Assembly (NCBI GenBank): GCA_001773695.1
Contig: MEXN01000005.1
Location: 67,687 to 131,686, forward strand
DNA: 64,000 nt
From: Candidatus Amesbacteria bacterium RIFCSPLOWO2_01_FULL_48_25
Lineage (GTDB): Bacteria > Patescibacteriota > Microgenomatia > CAZETR01 > Amesbacteraceae
Direction of reading: 5' to 3'
Position 1 is the first letter of the stretch. The number at the start of each line of letters is the position of its first letter. Shown in pieces: positions 54,801 to 63,977 of this stretch. Below the pieces are notes generated by a model. It saw only the letters and a program-made list of their open reading frames with translations, was not told the DNA's origin and ran no database searches. The position numbers were made by a program, and so were the translations under genes.

Positions 54801-55523
54801 ATGTCCGGTCATTCGAAATGGGCGACAATTCACCGACAAAAAGAGATAAAAGACGCGAAGAGGGGAGCAATATTTACGAAACTGGCGGCAAATATTACAG
54901 TAGCGGTTAAATCTGGGGGAGGGATTGCTGATCCGAGTCAAAACTTCAGGTTGAGGCTGGCAATTGATAAGGCCAAGCAATTTAATATGCCTAAGGAGAA
55001 TGTGAACCGGGCAATCGAGAAGGGTATGGGTGGGGTTTTGGAAAATACGTTGACAGAGGTGGTGTATGAGGGCTTTGCGCCGGGCGGGGTGGCGGTAATG
55101 ATTGAGGTTTTGACTGATAACAAGCTGCGGGCAGCCCAAGCGGTTCGGGAGGTTTTTGATAAAAACGGAGGGACGATGGGAAGCAGTGGAGCGGTAGCGT
55201 ATTTGTTTTCACAAAAGGGGGAGATAAGAATTAAGAATAAGGAGTTGAAGGATGAAGATGAGCTGAGGATAATCGATTTGGCAGTTTCTGAAATTGTGAG
55301 GGGCGAGGACGAGTGGATGATATATTGCCATCCTGACCAAACGTTTGTCATTCGCGACAGATTGGCAGGTATGGGGTGCGAAGTGGTGGGGGCCGAGCTG
55401 GTGCGGTTACCGGAGACCACGGTCTTGGTGTCAGACCCCGGAGCCAGAGTTAAAATCGAAAAAATATTGGAAATGTTGTCTGAATTGGACGATGTTCAAA
55501 AGGTTTGGACCAACTATGCGTAA
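54801..55523 (+). CDS. yebC: YebC/PmpR-family transcriptional regulator
   Basis: MSGHSKWATIHRQK...RGAIFTKLA is the invariant YebC N-terminus. 240 aa. Confidence 0.85.
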   Translation: MSGHSKWATIHRQKEIKDAKRGAIFTKLAANITVAVKSGGGIADPSQNFRLRLAIDKAKQFNMPKENVNRAIEKGMGGVLENTLTEVVYEGFAPGGVAVMIEVLTDNKLRAAQAVREVFDKNGGTMGSSGAVAYLFSQKGEIRIKNKELKDEDELRIIDLAVSEIVRGEDEWMIYCHPDQTFVIRDRLAGMGCEVVGAELVRLPETTVLVSDPGARVKIEKILEMLSELDDVQKVWTNYA

Positions 55524-56286
55524 AAGACAAAAATTTGTTTTGACGTCGGTGCTACTGTCTGTCGGAGTTCTGGCTGTTCAGTATGCTCCTCTGGAGTGGA
55601 GGTACTGGCTGGTTTTTGGATTGGCGGCTGTTTCCTGGGCGCTTTCGGCCTGGTCGCTTCGGGAGGGGCTGACTGGAGTAGAGTGGTTGGTGGTGACGAT
55701 GCCGCCGGTGCTGTTTACTGGGGCGGTGGGTCTGTTTTACATATTGTTGCCCCAGGCGTGGTGGGCGAAACTACTGGTAGTATTTTTGTTTGGGGTGGGT
55801 GAGTATGCCTTGCTTTTGACAGCTAACATTTTTTCAGTGGCGGCGATTCGAACTATTGCTCTTTTGCGGGCTGCTCATGCTGTAGGATTTGTGATGACAC
55901 TTCTGACGGGATTTTTCATGTATGACACAATTTTATCTTTCAGGTTGGATTTTTGGTGGCAGGGACTTTTGGTCGGAATGGCGACGTTTTTGCTTTTAGT
56001 GCCGGCTTTGTGGTCGGTGGACTTGAGAGAGAAGATTTCTGCTGACACCTGGTGGTTTAGCTTGGGGTTGGGAGAGAGTGTGGGGGGGCTGGCGGTGGCA
56101 GTGGCGTTTTGGCCGGTGACGCTGGCCGTGGCATCGTTGTTTTTGACCACGGCTTTATATGTGTTTTTGGGTATTTCCCAGCATCACTTCTCGCAGAGAT
56201 TGTTTTTTAGAACTGTTATGGAATATGTGGTGGTGGGAGTGGTAGTGTTGGTGACAATGTTAGTCACTTCGGCGTGGGGGGTGTAG
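55519..56286 (+). CDS. Hypothetical polytopic membrane protein
   Basis: Start taken at MRKRQKFVL, which overlaps the yebC stop. Six or more TM helices. Confidence 0.45.
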   Translation, partial: RKRQKFVLTSVLLSVGVLAVQYAPLEWRYWLVFGLAAVSWALSAWSLREGLTGVEWLVVTMPPVLFTGAVGLFYILLPQAWWAKLLVVFLFGVGEYALLLTANIFSVAAIRTIALLRAAHAVGFVMTLLTGFFMYDTILSFRLDFWWQGLLVGMATFLLLVPALWSVDLREKISADTWWFSLGLGESVGGLAVAVAFWPVTLAVASLFLTTALYVFLGISQHHFSQRLFFRTVMEYVVVGVVVLVTMLVTSAWGV

Positions 56287-56455
56287 TTTCCTCGCCTGGC
56301 TCCAAATTTATTCCCAGGGCTTTTAGTGTTTTTAATATTTCGTCAAGACGTTCTGGCCCTATTGGTTGTTCGGGCAGGGTAGCAGTCCAGCCGGCAGGGG
56401 TGCCTCTGGTGATTGATTTGATTCTGACTCTTACCTCGGCCGGGGGCGGGGGCAT

Positions 56456-57094
56456 GTGGTTGAGATTATAGACACAGTTTGGTTTAAAATTCCAGATATG
56501 TTTCCGGATTGGGAGCGGAGAGTAATTACGCCTTCGATGATTAGAGAGGCTAAGTATGGGCCGATGAAACTGGACGAAAGAAGTAAAGAATTGGCTAGAG
56601 CGGGGCAAGAGTACCATAGGCGTTTGTTTTCGTTAGTTCTGGGTGGCGGGCTGATTGATATTGACGGGAGAAATGTAAAGAAAGAGGTTACGGTAAAGAG
56701 AGCGGTGAGTTTTCCGTGGGAAGTGAAGGCTCGACTGGATGTGGTTGTGGAGAATGGTGATGGCCGTGTGGTTGTTGAGGGGAAAATGCGCAGAGGTGAA
56801 GAGAAAATAGATGCTGTTCAGGCTGTCTGCATAGCAATAGCTGGAGCTACGATTAGGGAATTATTTTTTTGTTATGGTCATGAACACCGATTAGTTCATG
56901 TAAATGTGGAAGGTTTGCGGGAATTGCAACCGATCTTACTGAGCGTGGCTGGGGCTGCCTTGGCTTTCTTGGGGAGGGGAGGACAACGGATGTCAAAAAG
57001 CCAGTTGAAGGAAGAGTTACTGGGAAATTTTAACCCAGTATACGACAGATTGGTGGGTGAGGGGATGAAATTTTTTGGGGTCAATGGGAAGTAG
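56456..57094 (+). CDS. Hypothetical protein
   Basis: 212-aa ORF, no motif recognised. Confidence 0.4.
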   Translation: MVEIIDTVWFKIPDMFPDWERRVITPSMIREAKYGPMKLDERSKELARAGQEYHRRLFSLVLGGGLIDIDGRNVKKEVTVKRAVSFPWEVKARLDVVVENGDGRVVVEGKMRRGEEKIDAVQAVCIAIAGATIRELFFCYGHEHRLVHVNVEGLRELQPILLSVAGAALAFLGRGGQRMSKSQLKEELLGNFNPVYDRLVGEGMKFFGVNGK

Positions 57095-57426
57095 GGTAGT
57101 CGCTTTTCACGCGGGGAGGGGAGAGTTTTCACAACTAGGTGATATTACTATGGGACTATCCTGTTGCACTTGGGAAGTGATATTGGGGCTTAACATGGGT
57201 TAGATTACACTAATCTTAGATTTAAATGATATAGTTTGATGTGTATCCCCGAGTAGGGGGGTGCTCCCTTGTTGAGCACAATTTGTGGATAAGTGCTAGG
57301 AAAATGCCGGAGAGAGAGTTATGGATTAAGGTTTGGGGACTGGGGACTAGTAAGAGCAATTAATAAAGTGATAGTGAATAGTAATAGAGATATAGAAAGA
57401 AGGGTTGTTGTTCTTCCCTAGTGGTA

Positions 57427-57455
57427 CTTGACGGCATTACAGTAACTGGGTATAA
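57427..57455 (+). promoter_or_regulatory. Near-consensus sigma70 promoter TTGACG-17-TATAAT, about 70 nt upstream of the xerC-like gene
   Basis: TTGACG at 57427-57432, a 17-bp spacer, and TATAAT at 57450-57455. Sits inside a 430-bp AT-rich non-coding region. Confidence 0.5.
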
Positions 57456-57530
57456 TATCTCTTAGGCTCGGTTACCTTTGATCGGAGGAGACCTAGTCTA
57501 AGAGTTATTAATCCGAGTGATAATTTTCCT

Positions 57531-58493
57531 ATGAATGACGAGGTTCCCCAGAAGTCAAAAGTGAGATTACCCTACTTTGATGAATTCCTCTTATTTCTCA
57601 AGACCCAAAACTATTCCGAAGAAACTTTGTATAACTACGAGGCGGATTTAAAACAGCTGGAACATTTTTTAGAAGAAGAAGAAATTGACTTTCTAGCCTT
57701 GAATAAAGAAAAGGTTAACCATTATAAGGCGTATCTGGTCAGCCGGGAGCGAAAACAGCCGTTTACGGGGCTTACAGCGGGTCGTAAGCTTGAAGCGAGA
57801 TCGGTAAATCGCAACTTATCGACCTTTAGGACTTATTTGCGATATCTCATCGATATGGATCGGAAGGTTCCGGTGCCGCCGGATGCAGTAAAGTTGGTGA
57901 AGACAGATAAGAAACACCCGCAAGTGGCGGAGCTGGCTGAACTAATTTCTCTTATCGAAAGTCCGATGCGGCTTGAGAAAGATCAATTGATTGGGATTCG
58001 CAATCGGGCGATGCTCGAAGTTTTGTTATCCACCGGGATGCGAATTTCGGAACTGGTGTCACTTAATAAAAACCAGCTAGATGGTACGGGTAGATTGTTT
58101 ATCCGCGGTAAGGGACGCAAAGAGAGGTTTGTTTATTTGACCGACAGGGCGGTGTATTGGCTGAACCAATACTTAACCCGAAGGGTGGATCCGGCGCCGG
58201 CGATGTTTGTGCCGTACCGGGGGAATAATGCTGGCAAAATGATTAGGCGGATTTCCACCAATTACTTACAAGCGAAAATTAAGGAGTACAGGGAGAAACT
58301 AAGGATAAATGTACCAACCTCGGCTCATTCGTTGAGACATGGGTTTGCAACTTATCTGGCGGAAAGTGGTGCAAACCCGGCGGCAATACAGGTATTGTTG
58401 GGTCACGAATCTTTGGATACTACAACTCGTTATGTCCATGCGTCGGATAAATTTGCTGAAGAGACGCACCGAAAATTTCATCCGGTAAAATAG
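57531..58493 (+). CDS. xerC: Tyrosine site-specific recombinase (XerC/XerD family)
   Basis: Catalytic residues in context: R in RNRAMLEVLLSTGMRISEL, HSLRHGFAT, and LLGHESLDTTTRYVH, which contains the catalytic Tyr. Confidence 0.8.
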   Translation: MNDEVPQKSKVRLPYFDEFLLFLKTQNYSEETLYNYEADLKQLEHFLEEEEIDFLALNKEKVNHYKAYLVSRERKQPFTGLTAGRKLEARSVNRNLSTFRTYLRYLIDMDRKVPVPPDAVKLVKTDKKHPQVAELAELISLIESPMRLEKDQLIGIRNRAMLEVLLSTGMRISELVSLNKNQLDGTGRLFIRGKGRKERFVYLTDRAVYWLNQYLTRRVDPAPAMFVPYRGNNAGKMIRRISTNYLQAKIKEYREKLRINVPTSAHSLRHGFATYLAESGANPAAIQVLLGHESLDTTTRYVHASDKFAEETHRKFHPVK

Positions 58494-58545
58494 CCCCTGG
58501 TCCCCTACTCCAGTCCCCTGTTTGTGAAAACAATTTTGTGGAAAT

Positions 58546-58959
58546 TTAAATTTCGTTAATAAATCCACGGCATTTAGGCGAACCACAGTGGCAAACTTCC
58601 AATGGTTCTTTGGAATCGAAGGCGTAGTCGACAGTTAGTTCGTTGCCTTTCGGAATAAATTTGTTGGAATAAAGAAAAACCCGATTTTTAAATCTTTCAG
58701 CGTCGCAATTCGGATCACAGGAGTGATTTATATATTTTGAGTTGTTACCTCCGATTGCAGCGTCGATACTGTATCTGTCGTTGACGTCGAAGATATATGT
58801 GATACCAATTTTTTCGTTTTGTTTTTCGCGACGTGCTTCCTCTTTTTTGTCAATTAACTCTCCAGTATATTCAATTATCCGAGTGCCGACCGGGATATCT
58901 TGACCCGCAAAAATTCCGAAATTGTGGATATGAGATTTTTTTACAAAAGTTTTAATCAT
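58546..58959 (-). CDS. SET-domain protein (putative protein-lysine methyltransferase)
   Basis: GIFAGQDIPVGTRIIEYTGELI, NHSCDPNC, ELTVDY, and the post-SET CHCGSPKC cysteine cluster. Confidence 0.7.
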   Translation of the reverse strand: MIKTFVKKSHIHNFGIFAGQDIPVGTRIIEYTGELIDKKEEARREKQNEKIGITYIFDVNDRYSIDAAIGGNNSKYINHSCDPNCDAERFKNRVFLYSNKFIPKGNELTVDYAFDSKEPLEVCHCGSPKCRGFINEI

Positions 58960-59111
58960 TAATTTTATTTCAATAATTTATTACGCACAAATATGATATT
59001 TAACGCCTTAGTAGGGCCATAAAAAAACTTGACATAAAATTGATTATTATTCAGACTCAATTGTATTAGTTGTATAGTGTTTGTTTGAAATGAAAATTTC
59101 AAAAGCCGTTA

Positions 59112-60071
59112 ATGAAAAGAATAAATTCGATAACTGTATTATATAACTTACCCGAATTGAGTGATGAATCGGACACTGATACGCAAAAATCGGCTCAGAG
59201 AGTGGCGGAGGAATTGAAGCGATATTATGACGTTAGAATATTGGGAATTGATAGTAACGATATTGGTAATTTGATGAATTTAAAAACGGATTTTGTGTTT
59301 AATCTGGTCGAGTGGTCGGGACTAAATTCGCAATGGGGAGTGAAAGTTATCGAGACTTTGGAAAAGGCCGGTCTCCCCTACTCTGGTTCTAACTCTTGGG
59401 GGTATTGGTTGTCATGTAATAAAAAAATTATGAAAGAAGAGATGGATAAAAAAAATATTCCTACACCAAGATGGTTTGTAAACGAGGGCAAGTTGAAATT
59501 TCCGGTGATTGTGAAACCCGTGCTTGAGCATTGTGGGATAGGAATTTCGCAAACCAGTGTTTGCTACAACGACCAAGACACAAGAAACAAGGTACAAGAA
59601 ATGATGGAAAAATATAAACAACCGGTGTTGGTGGAAGAATATATCGACGGGCGGGAGTTGCATGTGACTATTCTGGAAAAAAACGGGGAACCGTGGGTGC
59701 TGCCACCTGCCGAGGTGATTTATGAGAAAAAAGAAGGGCATGTGCCGATTTTGTCCTACGAAATGAAGTGGAACGAGAAGTCGGAAGAGTACAAAATGGC
59801 TAGGATGCAGGTGGCGAAATTGGATAAGAGGCTTGAGAAAGAGGTAGGGAGAATCGCTAAAAAGTGCTATTTGGAATTGGGGGGAAGGGATTATCCCCGT
59901 TTGGATCTAAGAATTAGGGATAATGAGATTTTTGTGTTGGAGATAAATAACAATCCGGGTATTGATTACGATGTTGAAAGCGGTATTGGTGTGTCTGCAA
60001 GAGCGGTGAGTTTGAATTGGGAAGACTTACTGAAACACATTGTGGAAAACGCTTGGAGGAGGTTTGTATGA
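59112..60071 (+). CDS. ATP-grasp ligase, D-Ala-D-Ala ligase (Ddl)-like, copy 1
   Basis: Ddl-type layout with EEYIDGRELHVTIL and the C-terminal RLDLRI..NEIFVLEINNNPGI. Confidence 0.7.
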   Translation: MKRINSITVLYNLPELSDESDTDTQKSAQRVAEELKRYYDVRILGIDSNDIGNLMNLKTDFVFNLVEWSGLNSQWGVKVIETLEKAGLPYSGSNSWGYWLSCNKKIMKEEMDKKNIPTPRWFVNEGKLKFPVIVKPVLEHCGIGISQTSVCYNDQDTRNKVQEMMEKYKQPVLVEEYIDGRELHVTILEKNGEPWVLPPAEVIYEKKEGHVPILSYEMKWNEKSEEYKMARMQVAKLDKRLEKEVGRIAKKCYLELGGRDYPRLDLRIRDNEIFVLEINNNPGIDYDVESGIGVSARAVSLNWEDLLKHIVENAWRRFV

Positions 60072-61117
60072 CTCCATTACATTTTGATTATCCGATTTCC
60101 GTGGCGGTATTGTATTACGGGGGGGAAGCCGGTGATTTACAGGATACTGAGGAGGCAGTAGAAGGAATTACCCAAGCTCTGGAAGAAAACGGACACGTGG
60201 TCCGGACGATGTTGGTGAATGAAAGAAATTGGTTGAGGGCGGTTCGGACGCCGGGTGAGGTGGTGTTTAATTTGGTGGAAGATCCAATGTGGGAGTTGTA
60301 CGTAAAAGTGGGGCAAAGGTTGGAAATGCTGGGGAGAGCTCAGGTGGGACATGATATGAAATGTTTCAAGTATGCGACACGTAAGGCGTGGGTAAAAAAT
60401 CGGATGCAAAAATTGGGAATAAGCACCCCGAATTTTAGGATATTTAACCGGAGATCTAAGTTTAGTCAGGTGCGGGGACTTGAATTTCCATTAATGGTTA
60501 AGCCGTCCAGGCAGCACGCTGGGATTGGGATTTCCCAGGACTCGGTGGTGATTGACCAGCAGGAATTGGAAGAAAGAGTGAAGTATTTGTTTAGTAATTT
60601 TCCCGGAGAAGTAATTGCGGAAGAGTTTGTAGATGGGCGGGAAATTCACGTCACTTTGATGGGTAATAATAGGCGGGTGGTGGCGCTGCCAGCGAGTGAA
60701 GTAAGTTTTGGGGGAGAGTTTGTAGACAATTGGGATGTATATTCCTATGAGGCTAAGTGGGATAAGAAGTCTTGGGAGTATTGGGACGCGCGGGTGGAGG
60801 CACCGGCGAAATTGCCCCGCAAACTGGAGGAAAAGATAGAGAAACTGGCTATCGGTGCGTATAGGGCATTTGGGTGTCGGGATATTGCCAGAATAGACTT
60901 AAGGCTTAATGAAAAGGACCGACCGTTTATTGTCGATGTAAATATGAACCCCAGCCTAAATAAATTTGACGATCAGGATGCGACGCTGGCGTCCGTTTAT
61001 GCATTGGACTGGACGTATGAGCAATTTGTGGAGACCTTAGTGGCGATTACTTATAAACGTGTTTATGGGAGGTTGCCGGACCGGATTCGCGAGCGGCAAT
61101 TGATGCTGACGGCATGA
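60068..61117 (+). CDS. ATP-grasp ligase, Ddl-like, copy 2 (paralog of the upstream gene)
   Basis: EEFVDGREIHVTLM and RIDLRLNEKDRPFIVDVNMNPSL. The ATG overlaps the upstream stop (ATGA). Confidence 0.7.
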   Translation: MTPLHFDYPISVAVLYYGGEAGDLQDTEEAVEGITQALEENGHVVRTMLVNERNWLRAVRTPGEVVFNLVEDPMWELYVKVGQRLEMLGRAQVGHDMKCFKYATRKAWVKNRMQKLGISTPNFRIFNRRSKFSQVRGLEFPLMVKPSRQHAGIGISQDSVVIDQQELEERVKYLFSNFPGEVIAEEFVDGREIHVTLMGNNRRVVALPASEVSFGGEFVDNWDVYSYEAKWDKKSWEYWDARVEAPAKLPRKLEEKIEKLAIGAYRAFGCRDIARIDLRLNEKDRPFIVDVNMNPSLNKFDDQDATLASVYALDWTYEQFVETLVAITYKRVYGRLPDRIRERQLMLTA

Positions 61118-61497
61118 TACTTGAAGACGGAAAAACTAACACCCAGTTCGGTCAAGAGCTTATACTGGACTTGTACGAGTGCGATTTGAAAAGAATTTCT
61201 GACGGGGAGCATATCCGAAAATATATTGTTAAATTGTGTGATGAAGTGATTTTGATGAAGAGATATAAAGGGCCGTTGATTGAACATTTCGGACATGATA
61301 ATCCAATTACAGCGGGATACTCGGTGGTGCAACTTATAGAGACTAGCTGCGTCTCGGGACACTTTTCTGAATACAAAAAATCCTGTTACATTAATATTTT
61401 TTCGTGCAAATGGTTTGATGCGGATGCTGCGGCGGAGTTTACTAAGAACTGGTTTGGAGCTACCTCGTTTCGTAGGAAAGTGTTACAACGGAGGTGA
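61114..61497 (+). CDS. S-adenosylmethionine decarboxylase-like pyruvoyl-dependent decarboxylase (SpeH/PdaD family)
   Basis: 127 aa. LILDLYECD, LIETSCVSGHFSEY (corresponding to the ESH-type self-cleavage region) and NIFSCKWFD follow the class 1a AdoMetDC pattern. The start overlaps the upstream stop. Confidence 0.55.
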   Translation: MILEDGKTNTQFGQELILDLYECDLKRISDGEHIRKYIVKLCDEVILMKRYKGPLIEHFGHDNPITAGYSVVQLIETSCVSGHFSEYKKSCYINIFSCKWFDADAAAEFTKNWFGATSFRRKVLQRR

Positions 61498-62185
61498 TGT
61501 CAGTGGAGCCGGGTTCTACTTGGGTATCCCCTCCCCCACGGCCTATGGCCTTTTCGGATAGTGCTAGGTAGGGTCTGGGAAATGAAGGCTCCGATTCCTG
61601 GACATTGACGATTCGACCCAGGGTAAGTCCAGCTGAGCGGGACAGGCTTTCCGCCTTGATTTTGGCTTCTTTGACTGCCTCTTGCCGGGCTTGTTGTGAT
61701 AGTTCTTTTTGGCGGGTTTCGTCTACGGTAAATTGGACTGAGCTAATTGTATTGGCACCTTGGGCTGTGGCTGTATCTATGGCCTCGTTTATTTTTTCAA
61801 GATTTCTGACGGTGACAGTAAGACTGGTAGATACTTGGTAGCCAGTGATGCGATTGGTGCCGCTTTGGTAGTCGTATTGAGGATAGATGGAATATTGATC
61901 GGTCTTAATGTCCTTTTCGGCAATGCCAGCACTTTTCAGGCTGGAAGTAATCCGGTTGATTATAGTGTTGGCTTCTGTTTGGGCTGCCTTGACAGTGGGA
62001 CGGGAGACCGTGATGCCTAGGCTGATGATGGCTGTGTCGGGGATGACTGTAACTTTGCCGGTGCCAGTGACGGTGAATAAATCTTGTTTTTGGGTGACGG
62101 TAGAAGAAATTGGTATGGCTGGAGCGAAGCGCAGAAGGAGGTAGGCCAGAATGAATATGGAGAAAATATTAATTAGGCCTTTCAT
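61460..62185 (-). CDS. SIMPL-domain (DUF541) protein
   Basis: Signal anchor, then TVTGTGKV...IPDTAIISLGI typical of the SIMPL family. Confidence 0.6.
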   Translation of the reverse strand: MKGLINIFSIFILAYLLLRFAPAIPISSTVTQKQDLFTVTGTGKVTVIPDTAIISLGITVSRPTVKAAQTEANTIINRITSSLKSAGIAEKDIKTDQYSIYPQYDYQSGTNRITGYQVSTSLTVTVRNLEKINEAIDTATAQGANTISSVQFTVDETRQKELSQQARQEAVKEAKIKAESLSRSAGLTLGRIVNVQESEPSFPRPYLALSEKAIGRGGGDTQVEPGSTDITSVVTLSYETR

Positions 62186-63560
62186 ATATCCCTGTTTTGG
62201 TTATATCATTTTGTGAAACAAGTTTCCATTCTTTATATTCGGTGGGAAGTTGACCGCGGACAAGGAGGTAATCGAGGTTTCCGGAAGGCGTTGCAATGTA
62301 AGCGTTTAGGTAGAATAAATTATTAATGCCGATAGGTAGAACTTTATCTGTGTCTTTGAAAAAATGATCGAAGTCGTAGTAATCTCCAAAGTCGAATGCG
62401 AGTTTGGAGGCAAGGAGTTTTTCTTTGGGTTGGAGATATTTTAAATTAGCAGCGAAACGATAAGAGATGCTGAATACCGAATACAGAATACAGAATACTA
62501 TAAGGGCCTTGTGTTTTGATGCTATCGATGCCGCGACGATGGATAGGGCGGGGAGGTAGGGCAGGATGAAGCGGCCGCCACCGGTATTGGGGGTCAAGAT
62601 CCAAATTATTAAAGATAATAGAGAATAGAGAATAATAATTTTTAATTTATGATTTTTAATTTTTAAAGTCGGGATTAAAAGTAGTGAAACCAGATAGATG
62701 GGGTGGATGGGATCGACGGCGTGGGTAAGTAAATTTAATAAATTTCTGGGATCTAGTGAAATGTGCGTGTCAGTGTAGAGAGATGAAAAGAAGGGATAAA
62801 ATGGGTTGCTAGTGTGATAATAGGCACGGAGAAGCCAAGGGCTTAAAACGAGTATTACGTATAACGTATAACGTATGAGGGGTTTGAATGATTTTTCTTT
62901 GAACCAGAGAAGTAGCCAGAAGATGGGGAGGGAGGTGAGGGCTAAAAGCTTGGTGGAGGCGGCGAGTCCTAGCATGACGGCGGATTTGTATATTTTGTTC
63001 TGGGTGAACATATAAAGGGCCATGATTTCAAAAAAGGCCCTGGATAAATCTATGTAGGCCGAAGTTTGTTGCCAGCCAAATACAAGATTGGCTGATAATA
63101 TGAGAACAGCTAAGAGTGAGCGGGAAAGTTTGTAGGTGACGATAAGAGTTAAAACTCCGAACAAGTAATGAATAAGCTTGCCCGGGAAAATAAAGTAAAA
63201 CATTTCGGTGAGCATGGGCATGACGGAGTATTTAAACTGCGCGCCGGGGATGAAAATCATTTCACCTCGTTGAAGCCAGATTTTGGGAAGAGTGAGATGA
63301 TACCAGAGAGCGTCGAAACCGATTTCCGGGCCAAGAGCGCCAACCAAGTTTACAAGTAACTGAGTGATTAAAAGACTAAGTAATATTTTTGATAATTTAT
63401 CTTCCGGAAGTTTAAAAGAGAGATTCTTTAATTTATTAAACAGCCAGAGCGCTAGGGGGATAGTGACTAAAATAATATTGGTTTTGGTGAGGAGGTGGAG
63501 TACGCCGAGGAAAAAAATGGTGTATGAATAGAGGCCGAGGGTGAGAGCTAGTGCGAACAC
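62169..63560 (-). CDS. Membrane glycosyltransferase, family 39/83-like (PMT/ArnT-type)
   Basis: 463 aa with about 11 TM helices and an early extracytoplasmic loop, consistent with a GT-C fold. Contains three 7-bp tandem-repeat tracts. Confidence 0.55.
   Translation of the reverse strand: MFALALTLGLYSYTIFFLGVLHLLTKTNIILVTIPLALWLFNKLKNLSFKLPEDKLSKILLSLLITQLLVNLVGALGPEIGFDALWYHLTLPKIWLQRGEMIFIPGAQFKYSVMPMLTEMFYFIFPGKLIHYLFGVLTLIVTYKLSRSLLAVLILSANLVFGWQQTSAYIDLSRAFFEIMALYMFTQNKIYKSAVMLGLAASTKLLALTSLPIFWLLLWFKEKSFKPLIRYTLYVILVLSPWLLRAYYHTSNPFYPFFSSLYTDTHISLDPRNLLNLLTHAVDPIHPIYLVSLLLIPTLKIKNHKLKIIILYSLLSLIIWILTPNTGGGRFILPYLPALSIVAASIASKHKALIVFCILYSVFSISYRFAANLKYLQPKEKLLASKLAFDFGDYYDFDHFFKDTDKVLPIGINNLFYLNAYIATPSGNLDYLLVRGQLPTEYKEWKLVSQNDITKTGIYERPN
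62472..62499. repeat. 4 x 7-bp tandem repeat GAATACN inside the glycosyltransferase gene
   Basis: gaatacc gaataca gaataca gaatact. Further tracts at 62613-62640 (AGAGAAT-like) and 62854-62880 (TATAACG x3). Confidence 0.8.
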
Positions 63561-63623
63561 AACATTATTTTACTTCGTTTTCTTTTTCCAGGCAGGTGAC
63601 TGAGGAGATGGAATAGCCCTTTA

Positions 63624-63977
63624 TTATTGAGTTGTAATTAAGTGGGAAATTAGTATTTGGTCCAACTTGTCCGAATTTAATTTATGAACTTCGTCCTTTT
63701 TTTCTTGTTTCTCAGCGTCCCTGTCGTAGTAGGCTTCACCTACTTTACCGAATCCGCAGGCTCGGAGAACGTTTCGGGATTTTATATTTTGAGGATCGAT
63801 GGTGGCTATAAAAATTGTCTCGTGGTGTGTGAGTCCTTTGCCACTCGCATAGGCCTTTATGGCTTGCCTGGTGGCACTGGCTACTTGATTAGGTTTGGCT
63901 CCCGGGAGAGCAGCAAAGCTGACTTCTGAAAGTTTAGTATCTGGTATATTAATTCCTCCCTTCTTGAAACAATCCAT
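63624..63977 (-). CDS. GNAT-family acetyltransferase-like protein (probably partial; N-terminus beyond the window)
   Basis: SRNVLRACGF near the C-terminus is the typical GNAT motif D region. Confidence 0.35.
   Translation of the reverse strand: MDCFKKGGINIPDTKLSEVSFAALPGAKPNQVASATRQAIKAYASGKGLTHHETIFIATIDPQNIKSRNVLRACGFGKVGEAYYDRDAEKQEKKDEVHKLNSDKLDQILISHLITTQ

Noticed and set aside
57095-57530. tmRNA, RNase P RNA or another structured RNA gene in the long non-coding region
   Set aside because: No tRNA-like 3' domain (GGTTCGAATCC-type T arm followed by ACCA), no tag reading frame, and no RNase P P4 consensus. Left as an unexplained region.
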